Of a DNA stretch of 64,000 nt, positions 20,125 through 30,202 are shown one piece after another. The position numbers and the translations under genes are program-made. The stretch's first letter is position 1. Each line of letters starts with the position of its first letter. This stretch comes from a virus, in the IMG/VR virus record IMGVR_UViG_3300044641_004197, positions 1-64,000 of that record, one strand, 5' to 3'. A model generated the notes under the pieces. It saw nothing but the letters and a program-made list of their open reading frames with translations. It searched no databases and was not told the origin of the DNA.

Positions 20125-20673
20125 ATGAAGAAAAAAATACTTTTACTTAGTGACGATTTAAGAATGAATAGTGGCATTGCTACTATGAGCAGAGAATTAG
20201 TTCTCGGAACAGTCCATCGTTATGATTGGGTTCAAATCGCCGGTGCAATCAAACATCCAGAAGCAGGTAAGATAGTCGATTTAAACCAAGCAACCAATCA
20301 AATGTTAAATAGAGACGATTGTTATGTCAAATTATATCCAGTTGATGGATATGGTAATGATCAAATTCTATTCTCTGTAATGCAAATTGAAAAAGTAGAT
20401 GCAATTATGCATTTTACAGATCCTAGATTCTGGGGATGGTTGTATGCAGTAGAACAACAAATTAGACAGAAAATTCCATTGACATATCTTGATATTTGGG
20501 ATGACTTACCATATCCTATGTGGAATAGACCATTTTATGAATCTTGCGATTCATTGTTCGCAATTAGCAAACAAACCGACAACATTAATAAATGGGTTTT
20601 GAGACCAGAACATTGTTTCTCTTTAGAAGGAGAATTTGACAGTGAAGGAAATGTAATAAAGGAGACCGTATAA
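20125..20673 (+). CDS. GT4 glycosyltransferase, N-terminal domain
   Basis: KKILLLSDD...SGIATMSREL, FTDPR, IWDD; no donor-binding domain. Confidence 0.75.
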   Translation: MKKKILLLSDDLRMNSGIATMSRELVLGTVHRYDWVQIAGAIKHPEAGKIVDLNQATNQMLNRDDCYVKLYPVDGYGNDQILFSVMQIEKVDAIMHFTDPRFWGWLYAVEQQIRQKIPLTYLDIWDDLPYPMWNRPFYESCDSLFAISKQTDNINKWVLRPEHCFSLEGEFDSEGNVIKETV

Positions 20674-20674
20674 T

Positions 20675-21685
20675 ATGCCATTTAAATTTAAAGATAAAAT
20701 CATTGATAAACATTTGTTGCATTATGTTCCGCACGGAATAAATAGCGAAGAATTCAAGCCGTTGCCAGATAATCACCTATCTATACGTAATAGAAAAAAA
20801 GAATTATTTGGTGATGAAAATTATGAGTTTGTCGTATTCTATAATAGCAGAAACGTTCAAAGAAAGAAAACAAGCAATTTAATTCTGGCATTCAGAGCAT
20901 TCTGTGATAATCTTACAGCTGAAGAAGCGAGGAAATGTGCGTTAGTATTGCATACAGAAAAAACACAAGACGCTGGAACTGATCTACCCGCAGTAATTAA
21001 ATCATTGTGTCCAAACTACAAAGTTGTATTTAGTGATGCAAAACTACCACCTGCGGAAATGACGGCTCTATATAATATCGCATCCGTAACAGTATTGCCT
21101 AGTTCTAACGAAGGTTTTGGATTGAGTATCGCAGAATCAATTATGTGTGGAACTCCTGTAATAGTCAATGTTACAGGTGGATTACAAGATCAAATTGGAC
21201 AATTAGAAGATGACGGAACTCCAGTTAAATTCAATAAAAACTTTGGAACTAACTCTATTGGTAAGTTTAAAAAATATGGAAAATGGGCAAAAGCAGTCTA
21301 CCCAACTGTTAGAACAATTCAAGGAAGCGTTCCGACACCATATATTTTTGATGACATCTGCACATGGGAAGATACCGCAGAAGCAATAATGTATTGGTAT
21401 CTATTCAAAACCAATAACAAAGATGAATATGAAAAATGTGGCATTGAAGGTAGACGTTGGGCAATGAATGAAGGTGGTATTAATTCTAAAAACATGTGCG
21501 AACAATTTATTAAAGCAATGGATTTTACTATTGAAAATTATGTAAAACCAAAGAATTTTAAATTGTATACTGTCAATGACTACTTCGATCATAAACAACC
21601 AGATGAATGTATTGGAGTGGAAATTCCAAAAATTAATATTGACAAATTGAAGAAAGAAATTGATAATACTATATCTTCAGTATGA
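20675..21685 (+). CDS. GT4 glycosyltransferase, C-terminal donor-binding domain
   Basis: YVPHGIN, RNVQRK, SSNEGFGLSIAESIMCGTPVIVNVTGGLQDQ. Confidence 0.85.
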   Translation: MPFKFKDKIIDKHLLHYVPHGINSEEFKPLPDNHLSIRNRKKELFGDENYEFVVFYNSRNVQRKKTSNLILAFRAFCDNLTAEEARKCALVLHTEKTQDAGTDLPAVIKSLCPNYKVVFSDAKLPPAEMTALYNIASVTVLPSSNEGFGLSIAESIMCGTPVIVNVTGGLQDQIGQLEDDGTPVKFNKNFGTNSIGKFKKYGKWAKAVYPTVRTIQGSVPTPYIFDDICTWEDTAEAIMYWYLFKTNNKDEYEKCGIEGRRWAMNEGGINSKNMCEQFIKAMDFTIENYVKPKNFKLYTVNDYFDHKQPDECIGVEIPKINIDKLKKEIDNTISSV

Positions 21686-22377
21686 AAATACAAATATTAA
21701 AGAACGAAACGTATACTAATGAAAGTCAAGTTCCTAAAAAAGGAACGCAACGATCCACTGGATATGATATAATCGCATCCAGTGAACCTGAAATTGTAGG
21801 AGAATTGAATGCAAACGGTTCTTATAAAAGAATTGATTATATTCAATACAAAACCAATTTAAAACTAGCCGTTCAAACTGATCGAACCTTTAGTGGATTT
21901 GGTCATACTGACATAGATTATGACATTCTAGCATTTCCACGTAGTAGTGTTAGTAAGTATAATCTAGTATTAGCCAATAGTATTGGATTGATTGACGCAG
22001 ATTATCGTGGTGAAGTGTTGCTTCGTTTCAAGTATATCTGGCAACCAGAAGATTATAATGTATATACACATGAATCCGGCGACGGATCTCCTTTATACAC
22101 TTATATCGGAGGTAAACCTAATGTTGGCAAAATCTATAAAAAAGGTGACAAGATTTGTCAATTAAAGGTTACGAGAGTTGAACATGTTGAATTTTTCATA
22201 GTAGATGAATTGGATTCTACTAATAGAGGCGAAGGTGGATTTGGTAGCACGGACAAAAAAGTTGAACAAAATTTAGATTCAATTATGTCGTCCTATAAAA
22301 AACAACCGGTCTACACTCCAGAAAAAAAGTATATAGATTTAATAAAAGAAAGAGAAGAACTAAATAATAATTTATGA
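21682..22377 (+). CDS. dut: Trimeric dUTPase
   Basis: TGYD, PRSS, GLIDADYRGE, KICQ, RGEGGFGST. Confidence 0.95.
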   Translation: MKIQILKNETYTNESQVPKKGTQRSTGYDIIASSEPEIVGELNANGSYKRIDYIQYKTNLKLAVQTDRTFSGFGHTDIDYDILAFPRSSVSKYNLVLANSIGLIDADYRGEVLLRFKYIWQPEDYNVYTHESGDGSPLYTYIGGKPNVGKIYKKGDKICQLKVTRVEHVEFFIVDELDSTNRGEGGFGSTDKKVEQNLDSIMSSYKKQPVYTPEKKYIDLIKEREELNNNL

Positions 22378-23675
22378 GCAAACCATTATGTGTTATTGAA
22401 GCGCCTGTATTTAACAGAAGCGGTTACGGTGATTTATCAACTGATATTGCAAAGAGCATATTAAGATACGGAAAATATGACTTAAAGATTGCAGCAACTA
22501 GATGGGGAACATGTCCTTCAAAAATGTTTGCCGATGATCTAACCAAAGAAGAAGATAAAGCACTGTCTGCATGTCTGATAAACGGTCAATTAAATAAACA
22601 ACCTGACTTATATATCAAGATAAGTATTCCAAATGAGTTTCAACCACATGGTAAATACAATATTGGTATAACTGCGGGAATTGAAACAACTGTTCCAAGT
22701 GGTGATTTTGTTGAAGGAATGAATAAAATGAATCTTAACATTGTTACATCAAACTTTGTTAAGTCTACATTTGCGAGTGTAAATTATCAAAAACAGTTTG
22801 AAAATGGAACAACACAACCATTGAAGGTAGAAAAACCAATGGAAGTATGTTTCTGGGGTGCAAATACAAAAATTTATAAGAAAACAAATGAAATAAGCGA
22901 AACCGTCCAAGAAGAATTGGATAAGATTCCAGAGACATTTGCATTTTTGTTTGTCGGCCAATGGACACATACAGGAATCTATGATGATAGAAAAGATATC
23001 GGTAACTTAATTAAAAGTTTTCTAAACGCATTTAAAGATAAAAAAGATCCACGTCCATGTTTGTTGTTAAAGACTAGTGGAACTAATTTCTCCAAAGTAG
23101 ATAAAGATGAACTTCTTAAAAAAATAAAGATTATACGTGATGAAGTAGGCGGCAATCTACCAAATGTATATCTTCTCCACGGTGAATTAAATGATGTCGA
23201 GATGAACTCTCTTTATAACCATCCAAAGGTAAAGGCACATTTGAATTTTACTCACGGTGAAGGATTCGGCCATCCAATCTTACTATCATCTTTAAGTGGC
23301 AAACCATTGTTTGTTTCTAGATGGAGCGGTCATTTGGACTTTTTAAATCCAAAATATTGTAACTTCTTTGAAGGAAATGTAAAACCAATTAATCCCGCAT
23401 CTGTAAATCAATGGTTGGTAAAAGAAGGAAGTTGGTTCTATGTCGCATATAGTTTGGCAGAAGAAAAGATTAAAAATTTCTATTATTCTCCAAGTAAAGA
23501 TATTATTGAAAATGCGGAAAAGTTAGCGGAAGAAAATTCTGCAAAATTTAGTATAGAAGAAATGGACAAGACATTACACGCTATATTAGATAAATACGTT
23601 CCACAGTTTTCAGTAGAAGAAAAGATCGTTCTACCTAAACTCAAGAAAATTGAAATGCCAAAACTAAATAAGTAA
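22374..23675 (+). CDS. GT4-like glycosyltransferase
   Basis: SGYG, TAGIET, RKDIG, HGEGFGHP...SGHLDFL. Confidence 0.85.
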   Translation: MSKPLCVIEAPVFNRSGYGDLSTDIAKSILRYGKYDLKIAATRWGTCPSKMFADDLTKEEDKALSACLINGQLNKQPDLYIKISIPNEFQPHGKYNIGITAGIETTVPSGDFVEGMNKMNLNIVTSNFVKSTFASVNYQKQFENGTTQPLKVEKPMEVCFWGANTKIYKKTNEISETVQEELDKIPETFAFLFVGQWTHTGIYDDRKDIGNLIKSFLNAFKDKKDPRPCLLLKTSGTNFSKVDKDELLKKIKIIRDEVGGNLPNVYLLHGELNDVEMNSLYNHPKVKAHLNFTHGEGFGHPILLSSLSGKPLFVSRWSGHLDFLNPKYCNFFEGNVKPINPASVNQWLVKEGSWFYVAYSLAEEKIKNFYYSPSKDIIENAEKLAEENSAKFSIEEMDKTLHAILDKYVPQFSVEEKIVLPKLKKIEMPKLNK

Positions 23676-23676
23676 A

Positions 23677-24345
23677 ATGGATACTCCTTTTATATCATAT
23701 CTAGTCACTACGAAAAATACAGGGTTTGAACTTCAAACCCTTTTGGAAAGACTGTATAAATACGGTCAAAACAATGAATGTATTATATTAGATGATTACA
23801 GTGATAATCCTAATACATTAGAAATGTTAAATAATGTATCGAATAATAATTTCTTCAAAGTTTATAAACATAAATTAGATAGAAATTATAGCGAACACAA
23901 AAACTATGGAAAAGGTTTTTGTAAAGGTGAATATATATTTCAAATTGATGATGACGAATTGCCTACCGAAACGTTATTGGAAAACTTAAAAGATATAATC
24001 GATTTGAATAAAGATATTGACTTATTCTGGATTCCACGTATAAATGATTTTAAGGGGGTAAATGAAAGTAATTTCCGCCAATGGGGATGGAGATTGACTC
24101 CATACGAAGACAGATTAATTGTCAATTGGCCAGATCCGCAAGGTAGATTGTTTAAAAACGTCCCTTATATTGAATGGAAACGCAGATTACACGAAAAAGT
24201 AGAAGGATCTAAAAATCATGTGCATCTACCCTATGATTACGAATTAGCACTCCATCATAATAAAACTATAGAAAAGCAAATACAAACTAACGTAAATTAT
24301 AATAAAATGTTTACCGAAGATGAAAATAAAGGGTTTAAAATATGA
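23677..24345 (+). CDS. GT2 glycosyltransferase
   Basis: ISYLVT, ILDDYSD, IFQIDDDE, WPDPQGR, LHE. Confidence 0.85.
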   Translation: MDTPFISYLVTTKNTGFELQTLLERLYKYGQNNECIILDDYSDNPNTLEMLNNVSNNNFFKVYKHKLDRNYSEHKNYGKGFCKGEYIFQIDDDELPTETLLENLKDIIDLNKDIDLFWIPRINDFKGVNESNFRQWGWRLTPYEDRLIVNWPDPQGRLFKNVPYIEWKRRLHEKVEGSKNHVHLPYDYELALHHNKTIEKQIQTNVNYNKMFTEDENKGFKI

Positions 24346-25274
24346 ATAAAACAGATAAAATTTTTGTTGCTGGCCATAAGGGTCTTGTTGGATCTGCGAT
24401 TGTAAGAAAACTTGTATCCGATGGATATACTAATATTCTAACCGTGGATAAATCTGTAGTTGATTTAAAAAATCAATATAGTGTAAATCAATGGTTTAAA
24501 ACAAATACACCTGATTATGTATTTCTCGCAGCCGCAAAAGTTGGTGGAATTCATGCAAATAACACATATCCAGCAGAATTCATTACTGAAAATTTGTTAA
24601 TACAAAATAATGTAATAGAAGCGTGTCATGAGTATAAAGTAAAAAAATTAATGTTTTTGGGCAGTGTTTGTATATATCCAAAATACGCTCCTACACCTGT
24701 AAAAGAAAAATACTTATTGTCAGGTGAATTAGAACCTACAAACGAATGGTATGCGGTTGCCAAAATTGCAGGAATCAAACAATGTCAGGCATATAGAAAA
24801 CAATATGGTGATAACTTTATTAGTGTAATGCCATGTAATTTATATGGTATCAATGATAACTTTCATCCAACCAATTCACATGTATTACCCGCATTGATAA
24901 GAAAGTTTCATGAAGCCAAAATAAATAATAATAATGAAGTTATATGTTGGGGAGATGGTTCTGCTAGAAGGGAATTTTTAAATGCTGACGATTTGTCGTC
25001 TGCATTATCGTTCCTAATGAATAACTATGAGTCTTACGAAATAGTAAATGTTGGATATGGTGAAGATTATTCAATTAAAGAAACCGTCAACTTTATTAAA
25101 GAAATAGTAGGATATGAAGGTAATATTGTATGGGATACATCAAAACCTAACGGAACACCAAAACGTTTATTAGATTCTACTAAAATTTTTAATATGGGAT
25201 GGAAACCTAGTATTGAATTACGTGATGGATTAAAGCAGGCATATGATTGGTTTAAATCTAATATAAAAGAATGA
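24342..25274 (+). CDS. fcl: GDP-L-fucose synthase
   Basis: GHKGLVGSA, AAAKVGGI, GSVCIYP, YAVAK, PCNLYG, SHVLPALI. Confidence 0.95.
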   Translation: MNKTDKIFVAGHKGLVGSAIVRKLVSDGYTNILTVDKSVVDLKNQYSVNQWFKTNTPDYVFLAAAKVGGIHANNTYPAEFITENLLIQNNVIEACHEYKVKKLMFLGSVCIYPKYAPTPVKEKYLLSGELEPTNEWYAVAKIAGIKQCQAYRKQYGDNFISVMPCNLYGINDNFHPTNSHVLPALIRKFHEAKINNNNEVICWGDGSARREFLNADDLSSALSFLMNNYESYEIVNVGYGEDYSIKETVNFIKEIVGYEGNIVWDTSKPNGTPKRLLDSTKIFNMGWKPSIELRDGLKQAYDWFKSNIKE

Positions 25275-26266
25275 AAACTGCGTTTTTGACAGAAATGAAT
25301 TTTGTAGGAACTGTTCCTCGCACACACAGAAACATGAGAACAGAATTTGCCTGGATGTGTGCGCTTAAGTCAGATCATTATTATATTCATAACTTTAATG
25401 ATATTAAAAATTACGACGCAGTATTTATTATTTTTCCAAAATCAGTGGTAAAATTAAATGCGGTAGGATCAGAGTTGCACTACAATGGACCAGATAAAGA
25501 CATTACAATATATTCAAAACCTGTAATTGAGACATTAAAACAAAATAATAAAAAAGTGTGTGTAGTTCAAGAAGGACCATCTTGGTTTTTCAATGACTAT
25601 GACATGGTTACTCAATTTAACTTTTATAATCAATTATCAGAAGCAGATGTAATCTTTGCTCATAATGTATATGATATGGATTTTTACAATGGTTTATTCC
25701 CCCAGACAAAGATTGCGAATATTCCAAGTTTAATGATAAATGATCCATCTACATGTATTACATCATGGACTACAGAACCTAAATCAATTATTGGAGGAAA
25801 TTTTTGTAGATGGTATGGCGGATTCCAAAGTTATATGGTTGCTACAGAATTTCAATGTCCAATTTATGTTCCGTCATCGCATTGTAAACGGCCAGGAGAA
25901 GAATCAGTTCCAGACTTAAAACATTTGGGTTGGGTTACTTGGGCAGATTGGATGAAACAACTATCTTCATTCAAATATGCAGTCAATTTGATGCCTACGG
26001 TTGCGGCAGGCACATTTTCAATGAATTGTGCTTATTTTGGGATTCCGTGTATTGGAAATAAAAATGTAGATACTCAAAACACATTATTTCCAAGTTTAAG
26101 TGTAGATGTTAATGATGTATTTAAAGCCAGATCACTTGCATCAGCATTAAAAACAGATCTTGATTTTTATAACGACTGTAGCGCTTATGCAAAAAGAAAA
26201 ATTAAAGAAAGTTATCATTTTGACGAAAACAAATGGTTAACTCACATTAATAATATAATATCATGA
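25271..26266 (+). CDS. Putative GT-B glycosyltransferase-like protein
   Basis: LMPTVAAGTFSMNCAYFGIPCIG resembles GT-B C-terminal region; cluster context. Confidence 0.5.
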   Translation: MKTAFLTEMNFVGTVPRTHRNMRTEFAWMCALKSDHYYIHNFNDIKNYDAVFIIFPKSVVKLNAVGSELHYNGPDKDITIYSKPVIETLKQNNKKVCVVQEGPSWFFNDYDMVTQFNFYNQLSEADVIFAHNVYDMDFYNGLFPQTKIANIPSLMINDPSTCITSWTTEPKSIIGGNFCRWYGGFQSYMVATEFQCPIYVPSSHCKRPGEESVPDLKHLGWVTWADWMKQLSSFKYAVNLMPTVAAGTFSMNCAYFGIPCIGNKNVDTQNTLFPSLSVDVNDVFKARSLASALKTDLDFYNDCSAYAKRKIKESYHFDENKWLTHINNIIS

Positions 26267-28632
26267 TAATTCAAATAACATTACTAAGAAACGAACTTCA
26301 CTTTTTAAAAGAACTTTTTCCTATATGGAAGAAGTTTGCGGACGGATTTGTTTTTCTAGACGATTCATCAGATGATGGATCATATGAGTTTCTTATAGAA
26401 AATAAAGAAAAATATAACATCCTTGATGTGATTAGGATGAATCGAAATGATTCTCAGTTAACTATTGAAACAGATATCCGTCAATCAATGTTTGATACTG
26501 CAAATAAATATAGCCCTAATATAATATGTTTAGATGCAGATGAATATTTGGATGGATCATTATCAAAAGAAGAGTTAGAAAATTTGTTACAAAATAATGG
26601 AGATGCTACGTATTTTCTAGATTGGATACAATATACATCAGAAAATACTATAAGAACAGATGGACCTTGGGCAGAAAATATTAAAGATAGAATCGGTAGA
26701 TATGCATCAGGTGGTAAATTTAAAAGAGCACAAACACATTCTACACATCTACCAATTAACAATAAGACACTCAGAATACCAAGAGACAAACTTTTCATAT
26801 CACATCTGCAATGGTTGAATAAAAACTTTGTGGGTGTAAAACAGTATTTTTGGAAAGTAACAGATTATGTTACAAAAAATAAATTCAATGAAGCGGTCGT
26901 TGATTCATCGGCATATGATGCTTCCGTTGCAAATTTTAACTGGCAAGAAGAATACTTTGAATATCCATTAAAAGTTCGAAGTGATATCTTAGAAGATATT
27001 TCAAACTCTTCAAATTATAGAATCAAATATATAAATGAAAAGACCAAAGAGTTTTCGATTCCAAATCTAGGAGACTGGAACCTAAATATAGCGGATTCTA
27101 TTCCTATGTATTTTTCTACAGTATCGGACGAAAAACACTTTCCATTACTATTAAATTTAATAGGAAGCATTCACACTTATCATTTTTATGATGTGGAAGA
27201 AATCGGTGTATTTGATTTAGGAATGACAGATACTCAAATCAATGAATTAAACAACATCAAGAAGGTTAAGATTTATGAAATTGAAAAGACCAATCCTAAA
27301 ATATTTGAACTTATTAATACAGGAATAAATAGAAATGTAAAATGGTTGTTTTCGTTGAAACCTGTAGTCATTAAGCAATCTCTAGAAAAGTATCCATATG
27401 TTGTTTATTTAGATGCAGGATCTACAATCTTAAAACCAGTAAACCGTTTATTCCAACATATAACAGAACATGGGTATTTTTTAAGTGATTGTGGACATTC
27501 AATTGCTCAAATGACCCCAAAACATATCATAGATAAGTTTAATCTTGATCAATCAATCTTAAGTGAATTAGGAATTGATGCCGGTTTTATGGGAGTTTCT
27601 AGAAAAGTATATGATACTTTCATTAAGCCTGTTTATGAATTATCATTTGACATAAATAATTTTATTGATGACGGCACCTGTCCAGATGGATATGGTATGG
27701 GAAGACACGATCAAACTTTATTTAGTATATTTGCAAGAAAATTAAATTTAGATATTCAATTACATGATAGAGACCCAGATGTAATGAATACCATTGTAAA
27801 TGGAAAATCAACTCCATTTATAATTACCCACACTTTATCTAAAGTGAGTTCTTTGACATCTATATTTAGATCAAGATGGAATATTATGCCTAATGTGGCA
27901 AAAACACATGCATCAGCTATCAAACGTAAATACGTATTATCAGTAATTACAGGAATAGGTCCTGGTGGTAAATATGAACAATTTATCGACGGTTATTTTA
28001 AAAATATTGAAGAACAAATACTGTTTAATAGGACCGAACATATAGTAATTTATTCCGAATGGTCTTCTAAATTTGATCAATGGACTGGTTATAGAAATAT
28101 TAAATTTATAAAAGAAAAAGAATCAAAGGGCGTTTATAATGCATGGAATATAGGTTTGTCGAATTGTAACAGTGAATATATAACAAACTGGAATGTTGAC
28201 GATCTTCGACATCCAATTAATACTAAAATTAAATATGACATGTTAAATAATAATATTGATATTGACATGGCATACAATTATTATGTTGCCACAACAACAA
28301 ATGAAACCTTTTACAATATAAACTTAGAAAATAGACAAATATTACAATTTCCAGACAATTATCATCTATACGCAACACAAGCATGTCTCGCTGGACCAGA
28401 TCCGATGTGGAGAAAGTTTGTTCATAGATTCATTGGGAATTTCAACGGAGAAGACTTTTCTATTGTTGCTGATTGGGATATGTGGATACGAATGGCAAAA
28501 TTCGGGTGTAAGTTCAAACTAATTCCAGAAATTCTTTGTATATTTTCAATTCACGAAAACAACGAAAGTAAAAGATCCGAAAAATTAGAAAATCAAAACA
28601 AATTAATTATACAAAAATATGGAAAAAATTAA
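26263..28632 (+). CDS. Three-domain glycosyltransferase (GT2, GT-A-like middle domain, GT2)
   Basis: LDDSSDD/LDADE; middle FDLG...KP...YLDAG...RHDQT; C-terminal YNAWN, NWNVDD, DWDMWIR. Confidence 0.8.
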   Translation: MIIQITLLRNELHFLKELFPIWKKFADGFVFLDDSSDDGSYEFLIENKEKYNILDVIRMNRNDSQLTIETDIRQSMFDTANKYSPNIICLDADEYLDGSLSKEELENLLQNNGDATYFLDWIQYTSENTIRTDGPWAENIKDRIGRYASGGKFKRAQTHSTHLPINNKTLRIPRDKLFISHLQWLNKNFVGVKQYFWKVTDYVTKNKFNEAVVDSSAYDASVANFNWQEEYFEYPLKVRSDILEDISNSSNYRIKYINEKTKEFSIPNLGDWNLNIADSIPMYFSTVSDEKHFPLLLNLIGSIHTYHFYDVEEIGVFDLGMTDTQINELNNIKKVKIYEIEKTNPKIFELINTGINRNVKWLFSLKPVVIKQSLEKYPYVVYLDAGSTILKPVNRLFQHITEHGYFLSDCGHSIAQMTPKHIIDKFNLDQSILSELGIDAGFMGVSRKVYDTFIKPVYELSFDINNFIDDGTCPDGYGMGRHDQTLFSIFARKLNLDIQLHDRDPDVMNTIVNGKSTPFIITHTLSKVSSLTSIFRSRWNIMPNVAKTHASAIKRKYVLSVITGIGPGGKYEQFIDGYFKNIEEQILFNRTEHIVIYSEWSSKFDQWTGYRNIKFIKEKESKGVYNAWNIGLSNCNSEYITNWNVDDLRHPINTKIKYDMLNNNIDIDMAYNYYVATTTNETFYNINLENRQILQFPDNYHLYATQACLAGPDPMWRKFVHRFIGNFNGEDFSIVADWDMWIRMAKFGCKFKLIPEILCIFSIHENNESKRSEKLENQNKLIIQKYGKN

Positions 28633-29368
28633 ATTGAACGAGGACTTTGATAGATGGGTAAAAAATTGGTCTAACGATGAAAAAACCAATGATGAAATTT
28701 ACTATGAATTCCAAAATAAAACAATGGAAAATGATGCATTAAAATTTCATGTAGACTATATTGGTAAAAACTCTATGGGATTTGGAGAAGTGCCGTTTAG
28801 ATATATGTGGATGTTGTTAGTAAATCAAATGCCTGATACATTTAAATTTCTAGAAATCGGAGTATACAAAGGATCTGTTCTTTCATTGGTTCAATTGTGT
28901 TCTAATCAATTAAATAAAACTCCATCAATTTACGGTGTAACTCCACTAAATCAATCAGGAGACAAATATCTTCCAGCATATGAAAATGCTGATTATTTAC
29001 ATTGTATAGGAACAGTATATAACGCTTTAAATTTAAGTATAAATAACACAACGATAATAAACGGACTATCTACAGACCCTACTATAAAATCTATGGTCAA
29101 AGAAGAATCTCCATTTGACATGATTTATATTGACGGAAGTCACAATTATGAAGATGTTGTAAGTGATATTTTGTTCTGTGATCAATTATTAAAACAAAAC
29201 GGACTACTAGTCATGGACGATGCGTCTTCAGATTTGTCATTAGGAAAGTCTTCATTATTCCGTGGTCATGCTGATGTTGCATTAGCAATCAAAAATTCAC
29301 TGGACACTACAAAGTATAAACATTTATTTGCTTGTGGTCACAACAGAGTATGGATGAAAACACAATGA
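28619..29368 (+). CDS. Class I SAM methyltransferase (Methyltransf_24-like)
   Basis: FLEIGVYKG, MIYIDGSH.YE, GLLVMDD. Confidence 0.85.
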   Translation: MEKIKLNEDFDRWVKNWSNDEKTNDEIYYEFQNKTMENDALKFHVDYIGKNSMGFGEVPFRYMWMLLVNQMPDTFKFLEIGVYKGSVLSLVQLCSNQLNKTPSIYGVTPLNQSGDKYLPAYENADYLHCIGTVYNALNLSINNTTIINGLSTDPTIKSMVKEESPFDMIYIDGSHNYEDVVSDILFCDQLLKQNGLLVMDDASSDLSLGKSSLFRGHADVALAIKNSLDTTKYKHLFACGHNRVWMKTQ

Positions 29369-30144
29369 AAATAGCATTATGTTTAACAGGACAATATAGG
29401 ACATTCGACTCTGACTTAGTTCAGAAAAGTCTCAACCATTTTGTTTTAGATAAATATCCATGTGATGTTTATGTCACTACATGGAAATACCGAGGTCTTT
29501 CTTTAAATCACGGAAATAAAATTATTTATAAAGACGAATTTGAAGAAATTACACCTGATCATATTTTAAACTATATACCAAATGCTATTGTAGATATAGA
29601 AGATTATGAAGTCTGGAAATCCAACTTAGACAGTAAATATGTCGATTTATTAAATCAATTATCATCGACATTATATTCGGGAATGATTCCACAATTATAT
29701 AAAAAATGGAAAATTAACAATTTACTCAATAAACAATATGATTGGGTAATTGTTGCTAGACCTGATATTGCATATTTTTCTTCTCCAGAAATTTATAGTA
29801 GTTGTGATAATATAGTCTGGAATATAAATCCACAGAATAAAATTGGACATTATCCCAATCGTATTTATGATATTTTTGTAATGGGTTATCAAGAAAATAT
29901 TAAAAAATTAAATAGTTGTTATTTAAATATTTTAAATTTATTAGACGATCCATTTCATAGCAATCTAGGATCTACAGATTGTTGTAAAATGCTTTACATA
30001 CATGCAAAAATGTTTAACAATTTGGATGTAAAATCTGTGTCTGACATTATCGGAGATATATATAGAGGACAATCTCCGATTGATTTTATAAATCATTATA
30101 AAAACAACAACGTTAATACGGAGGACTTACAAAATTTATTGTGA
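29365..30144 (+). CDS. Hypothetical protein, possible glycosyltransferase
   Basis: Start at 29365 (ATGA overlap): MKIALCLTGQYRTF...YDWVIVARPD. Confidence 0.55.
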   Translation: MKIALCLTGQYRTFDSDLVQKSLNHFVLDKYPCDVYVTTWKYRGLSLNHGNKIIYKDEFEEITPDHILNYIPNAIVDIEDYEVWKSNLDSKYVDLLNQLSSTLYSGMIPQLYKKWKINNLLNKQYDWVIVARPDIAYFSSPEIYSSCDNIVWNINPQNKIGHYPNRIYDIFVMGYQENIKKLNSCYLNILNLLDDPFHSNLGSTDCCKMLYIHAKMFNNLDVKSVSDIIGDIYRGQSPIDFINHYKNNNVNTEDLQNLL

Positions 30145-30152
30145 ATATTTAA

Positions 30153-30180
30153 TTGACAAATATCACATTTAATGTAAGAT
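30153..30180 (+). promoter_or_regulatory. sigma70-like promoter heading the rfbH operon
   Basis: TTGACA-16 nt-TAAGAT upstream of ATG 30203. Confidence 0.6.
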
Positions 30181-30202
30181 TACATAAAATAGATTTATTA
30201 AT

